A program made the position numbers and the translations under genes. 55,701 nt of DNA from a virus (taxonomy: Duplodnaviria; Caudoviricetes), in the IMG/VR virus record IMGVR_UViG_3300044675_003951, positions 1-55,701 of that record, one strand, 5' to 3'. This document shows, piece after piece, positions 51,961 through 55,701 of the stretch. The notes below the pieces were generated by a model. The model worked only from the letters and a program-made list of their open reading frames with translations, made no database searches and had not been told where the DNA came from. Numbering within the stretch: the stretch's first letter is position 1; each line of letters starts with the position of its first letter.

Positions 51961-54576
51961 TTATCCTTTGTAGGTTTTCCACAAGTTTGCAGTCATTGCA
52001 AAAATGCTTTCGTCAATATCTTTTTTCTTGACGGCATTGGTTCCAGGAATCTTGTCACCAACTTTGACATTGTCATCAGCTAGACCTTTGGTGAACAAGT
52101 TGCCTTCTTCGGTTTTTTCTTCGTCAACTGCTTTTTTCTTCACGCCGGCCATTTCCATCATTCTAGCAAGGGAATCTTCGTTGGTGTCGTCACGATAGCC
52201 GTCCCAGATACTGTCAGTGTCTGGTGTGTAAGCTGCTGCTTCTCTAGCTTCATCAGGTTTTAGATAATTTGGCGCACCCATCAACCATTGTATTTTGTCT
52301 GTTAGCTCGTCGTAATCAGAACCTTCTTGTGTGTACTGACGTTCTTCTTGACTGGCAATCACTGGCACTGTGGTTTGTCCAGTTGACTTGGGCTTGTTCA
52401 AACCACCACTGTATTGTAGTGCATCATTACTGGTTTCAGTATTGGTAGGGTAATCAGGCTGATTCATGGACACTTCGTCCATTTGTTGTTCACCGCATGA
52501 ACAGTCAGGTGTTCCGCAGCCGCAGGCTGGTTTGTATCCACCGCCGCCGTAGCCTTCATCGCCTCCGCCAAGTCCTGCACTCTTTAACAGTTGGCTCAGT
52601 TTCATTGCATCATCATCTGTGGCTGTGACTGTGAGACTGCGAGTTGGGCCGCCGTGCTCGTCGTTGTTCATGCTCATGTTGATGCTCATGCTTTCAGCAA
52701 TCATGTTTTCAAGATCACGATTGATGGAATCATAAATGCCGCCACCAAACTTGAAGCCACCTGAGCTCTTGCCGGGTGTGTTGTCAGAAGTTTCTTCAAC
52801 TTCTTTTTTCTTGTCTTTGGCTTCAGGCTTTTTCTTTTCAGGTAGGCCTTTGTGCTTGGTGCTAGCAAAATCTTTGGCATCTTTCTTGCCCATATCTTTG
52901 GCTACTTTGGCAACTGCTCCACTAGCAGGCTTTTCGCCTTTTTGTGCAGCATGAACCATGCCCATGAATTTTTGTTGCTTCTTGCTTACTGCTTTTTCGT
53001 CAAGTTCTTCTTCACTAACTTGTGCGCCGCCAGCTTGTTGATTTTTAATCAAGGTCATTGCTGCATACAGCACAGATTCCAGGCGGCTAGCAAACCCTTG
53101 TGGGAATTCGCCACCACGCTGTGCTTGTTTTGCCACTGCACGAACATCAGCAAGGTCATCATAGATTTGTTGTGCTTGACCATAGTCAGAGCCTTCGTTG
53201 GTCTTGCGACCACCTTTGTGCTTGGTGGCTCCGCCGGTCACACGCTCAGGTGCTTTCTCAGGACCTTTTGGTCGTCCACGACTGCGCTTTTCGCCATCTG
53301 CTGGCTTGTCATCATCAGCACCAACACTGATACCTTGTGCATCAGTGCGACGAGTGACTCTGCGACCACCAGGAATTTCTTCTACATCATGTTTGGAACC
53401 ATGAGTGATTGTTCCTACTTTGGGAGTTTCTGCACGGGGACGCTTGTGTGCAGTAAATGCATTGTCAGCGCTGGCTTCATGAACTTTATCAACATCGGGT
53501 CTAGAACCCAGGTAAGTGAAACGACCTGTCTCGTCCCAGTCTTGAAAGGCTGCTTTTGCTTCTGCTGCGCTGGTAGCTTTGACTTGAGTGCTGTATGATT
53601 TGCCTGGCTTTTTAGGATCTTTGTAAGCAACAGTATAGGTAGTGACGCTTTGAGCTTCGCCCATGGATTTTTTACCGCCGCCGGTGCGCAACAACTCAAA
53701 GTCGTTGGCATCCAATTTACCATTGTCGTTCTTGTCCAGTTTCTTTTGGCCGCCACGGAGTGCTGACTTCATTGCTTCAGCAGCAACATCACCTAGCATC
53801 TCATCAACTTCTTTTTTGGCGCCGGCAATCTTGTCGGCAAAAGTGATTTTGTCTTTTGGAGGGGCTAGCTTGGCGAAACTTTTTTGTTTTGGTGTCATAG
53901 GAGCAGCAGCTTCTTTGGCAGGGCGGCGGCCACCACTCTTGCGTTCTAGGTCACGCATGAGATCTTCATCCCCGGGTGCCACAAAGTCAGCTACTTTTTT
54001 TACGCCACGGGCGATCTTGCCCATCACACCAGGCTTCCGGCCTACTCGGGCAAAGTCTGGATTCAACTTCATAGCGTCTTGACTGTGCTGGCCTTCTTCC
54101 ATGCTGTCAGAGTCATTCTTTAGTAATTTCAATGCCTTGCGTGCAGCATCAGCTTGTGTTCTAACGTCTGTATCGATCGTATCAACCATCATCTCATATG
54201 CCATCATTGCTGCTCTGTCACCGCTGTCCTCAATATCACTGAATATATCACCCAGATCATCAGTGATAGAATCTGTTTGGTCGTTGCCGCCCAGAGCTCC
54301 ATCAAGAATCATCTCAATCTCATAAGCTAGATCATCACGAATGCTATGGTTGCTTTCTGTTATGCTCTCGTCGTACTTGTTGAACTTGTTGCGCACAGGG
54401 TCCAGCGCCTTGCCTTCACGTCCGGCCCGGGCCAGGGCTTGCATGCCATCCTTACCATATTTTTCAATGCCCTTGGCAGCACGACTCATGTCGCGCTCGT
54501 TCAGTTGCTTGTGAGTGGTTTCAGGGGTGGCACGGATGCCATCTAGTTTTTTGTTTAGGTCGTAAAAGAAACTCAT
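51961..54576 (-). CDS. Large modular probable prohead-core/internal head protein
   Basis: Charged modules separated by X-X-E sites; EF-hand-like DKNDNGKLDANDF, AT-hook-like RGRPK, DUF3008-like AVSKKQQKFMG...FASTKHKGLP, CGCGTPDCSC. Confidence 0.55.
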   Translation of the reverse strand: MSFFYDLNKKLDGIRATPETTHKQLNERDMSRAAKGIEKYGKDGMQALARAGREGKALDPVRNKFNKYDESITESNHSIRDDLAYEIEMILDGALGGNDQTDSITDDLGDIFSDIEDSGDRAAMMAYEMMVDTIDTDVRTQADAARKALKLLKNDSDSMEEGQHSQDAMKLNPDFARVGRKPGVMGKIARGVKKVADFVAPGDEDLMRDLERKSGGRRPAKEAAAPMTPKQKSFAKLAPPKDKITFADKIAGAKKEVDEMLGDVAAEAMKSALRGGQKKLDKNDNGKLDANDFELLRTGGGKKSMGEAQSVTTYTVAYKDPKKPGKSYSTQVKATSAAEAKAAFQDWDETGRFTYLGSRPDVDKVHEASADNAFTAHKRPRAETPKVGTITHGSKHDVEEIPGGRRVTRRTDAQGISVGADDDKPADGEKRSRGRPKGPEKAPERVTGGATKHKGGRKTNEGSDYGQAQQIYDDLADVRAVAKQAQRGGEFPQGFASRLESVLYAAMTLIKNQQAGGAQVSEEELDEKAVSKKQQKFMGMVHAAQKGEKPASGAVAKVAKDMGKKDAKDFASTKHKGLPEKKKPEAKDKKKEVEETSDNTPGKSSGGFKFGGGIYDSINRDLENMIAESMSINMSMNNDEHGGPTRSLTVTATDDDAMKLSQLLKSAGLGGGDEGYGGGGYKPACGCGTPDCSCGEQQMDEVSMNQPDYPTNTETSNDALQYSGGLNKPKSTGQTTVPVIASQEERQYTQEGSDYDELTDKIQWLMGAPNYLKPDEAREAAAYTPDTDSIWDGYRDDTNEDSLARMMEMAGVKKKAVDEEKTEEGNLFTKGLADDNVKVGDKIPGTNAVKKKDIDESIFAMTANLWKTYKG

Positions 54577-54580
54577 TGTA

Positions 54581-55189
54581 TTATCCTCTTGGGTTGGCGC
54601 CAGTGGCTGGCTTGGGCTGACGCTTGATATTGGTCATTGGGCTTTTGACACCCTGTGGCAATTCATTTGTGGTTTTTGCTGGCGGTGTCTTTCCTCCAGC
54701 CACAGTAAAGTTGCTCTTGTAGGCATTTTTTAACACCACATGATCATACGGGTCTGCGCCGTAGTCTTTCTTGAGAGCACGTTGCTGTGCATCATCGGCT
54801 GGATATGTAGGATCGTCTAGGAGGTCTTTGTTTTGACTTCCAATCTTTTCAGCTTCGATATTCATGCTTTCTTCGTAGGGTGTGGTCATCATCACAATGC
54901 GATTGGGATCCATGCCCAGTATCTGTGCCAACTGCTTGATTTGTGGTTCAATAGCAGGATACTTGAACTCTGCATCCACAATGGTCATGCTTTGATTGGG
55001 AAAAGCTGGAAAGTCTGGAATCTCTTTGCGCACTGGACTTGTCTTGGGTTTTGACATTGTGACAACGTCAAACTGTGCCAGTTTGTCTTGAAGTTCTCTG
55101 AAGAAGTCCGACGGCACGTCTCCGACTATCTTGATGCGATAGTTGTAGGTACGTTCACTTTCGGCTAGGTATTTTGCAAATGGTTTCAT
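54581..55189 (-). CDS. Probable head-associated protein
   Basis: MKPFAKYLAES leader; TAAATA 55212-55207 and AGGA SD. Confidence 0.55.
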   Translation of the reverse strand: MKPFAKYLAESERTYNYRIKIVGDVPSDFFRELQDKLAQFDVVTMSKPKTSPVRKEIPDFPAFPNQSMTIVDAEFKYPAIEPQIKQLAQILGMDPNRIVMMTTPYEESMNIEAEKIGSQNKDLLDDPTYPADDAQQRALKKDYGADPYDHVVLKNAYKSNFTVAGGKTPPAKTTNELPQGVKSPMTNIKRQPKPATGANPRG

Positions 55190-55209
55190 ATCGGTATCCT
55201 ATGCTCTAT

Positions 55210-55701
55210 TTATTCTTTTTGAACGTTTTGATCTTTACGACCCACGATACGTTCCAGTAAATCATTACGGCTCAACACCACGCCTTGTGCTGTTTGTACA
55301 AGGCCTGTGCCGTCATCACCGTCGGGTTTGGCTGTTTGATCCAGTCGCATTTTCTTCAACTGTAGGTCAATCATCTTGAGTTTTTTGTCCAGTTTGGCTG
55401 TTTTTGCTGTGATTGCATGGCCCAACATGTTTGATGCCACCGAGAAGATTTCTGCTGCAAATCTTGAATCCACTTGCATACCTAATGTAGTCAAATCGTT
55501 ATATCCGTCAACTGCTAACTTAGACAACTTGTCAAATTCTTCGTCTGCTAACTCTAATCCCCTAACTTGCGGAAGGGCTGCTTCTACTTTGTCTATTGTT
55601 GCATCTAACTCTGCTAGTGCAACACGATTTTCTGCTAGTTTAGGAATTGCTGTGTCAATTTCATCTGTAGTAGGCGGTAAGTCAAACAGTTCTTCTAATT
55701 T
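55210..55701 (-). CDS. Probable terminase small subunit (T4 gp16-like); start lies outside the window
   Basis: Frame is open to the edge (KLEELFDLPP...ALPQVRGLE...); two long helices around DSRFAAEIF and C-terminal VVLSRNDLL resemble gp16. Confidence 0.45.
   Translation of the reverse strand, partial: KLEELFDLPPTTDEIDTAIPKLAENRVALAELDATIDKVEAALPQVRGLELADEEFDKLSKLAVDGYNDLTTLGMQVDSRFAAEIFSVASNMLGHAITAKTAKLDKKLKMIDLQLKKMRLDQTAKPDGDDGTGLVQTAQGVVLSRNDLLERIVGRKDQNVQKE

Noticed and set aside
39641-54546. Long plus-strand ORFs (e.g. 39641-40399, 41689-42366, 41832-42686, 52852-53598)
   Set aside because: They lie antisense to well-supported genes, have Cys/Ser/Phe-rich shadow composition and lack promoter or SD signals
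1-55701. Stop-codon reassignment
   Set aside because: Core genes are full length in the standard code; TAG (25601, 26183, 33398), TGA and TAA all end genes at sensible places
1-55701. tRNA/rRNA genes, introns, inteins or homing endonucleases in nrdA, helicases, uvsX or terL
   Set aside because: Intergenic gaps are short with no cloverleaf seen by eye, and these proteins have normal length and continuous motifs; tRNAscan was not run

Overview
A 55.7-kb gene-dense segment of a large T4-related (probably jumbo) dsDNA myovirus. It uses the standard genetic code and is mostly minus-strand coded. Core genes: nrdA (runs off the left edge), exonuclease, dCMP deaminase, DnaB/gp41 helicase, primase, a stand-alone 189-aa DnaE-like catalytic module, a gp62-like protein, UvsW, UvsY, UvsX, gp32 SSB, large terminase, a probable small terminase (runs off the right edge) and several virion proteins. 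Main accessory signal: a dispersed modification toolkit slotted between core genes. It has five radical SAM paralogues with N-terminal Cys-rich domains, seven glycosyltransferase-like genes (two KpsC/KpsS-like), two methyltransferases, a cytidylyltransferase-cupin fusion, an SDR, a 2OG-Fe(II) oxygenase, sulfotransferase-like genes and three SGNH-like genes. The phage also carries iscU and iscA for Fe-S cluster supply. Two promoter classes are readable: sigma70-type TTGACN-17-TATAAT, including four tandem promoter cassettes, and T4-late-like TAAATA. Many sit only 4-8 nt from a start codon, suggesting leaderless mRNAs. Other notable items: a 3' hairpin whose loop is complementary to the ribosome-binding site of its own operon, a 16-bp palindrome forming the whole intergenic region of two divergent genes, a PolX-like nucleotidyltransferase fused to a ligase-like domain, and probable protease-processed head polyproteins. 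All calls come from reading motifs by eye; no searches were run.
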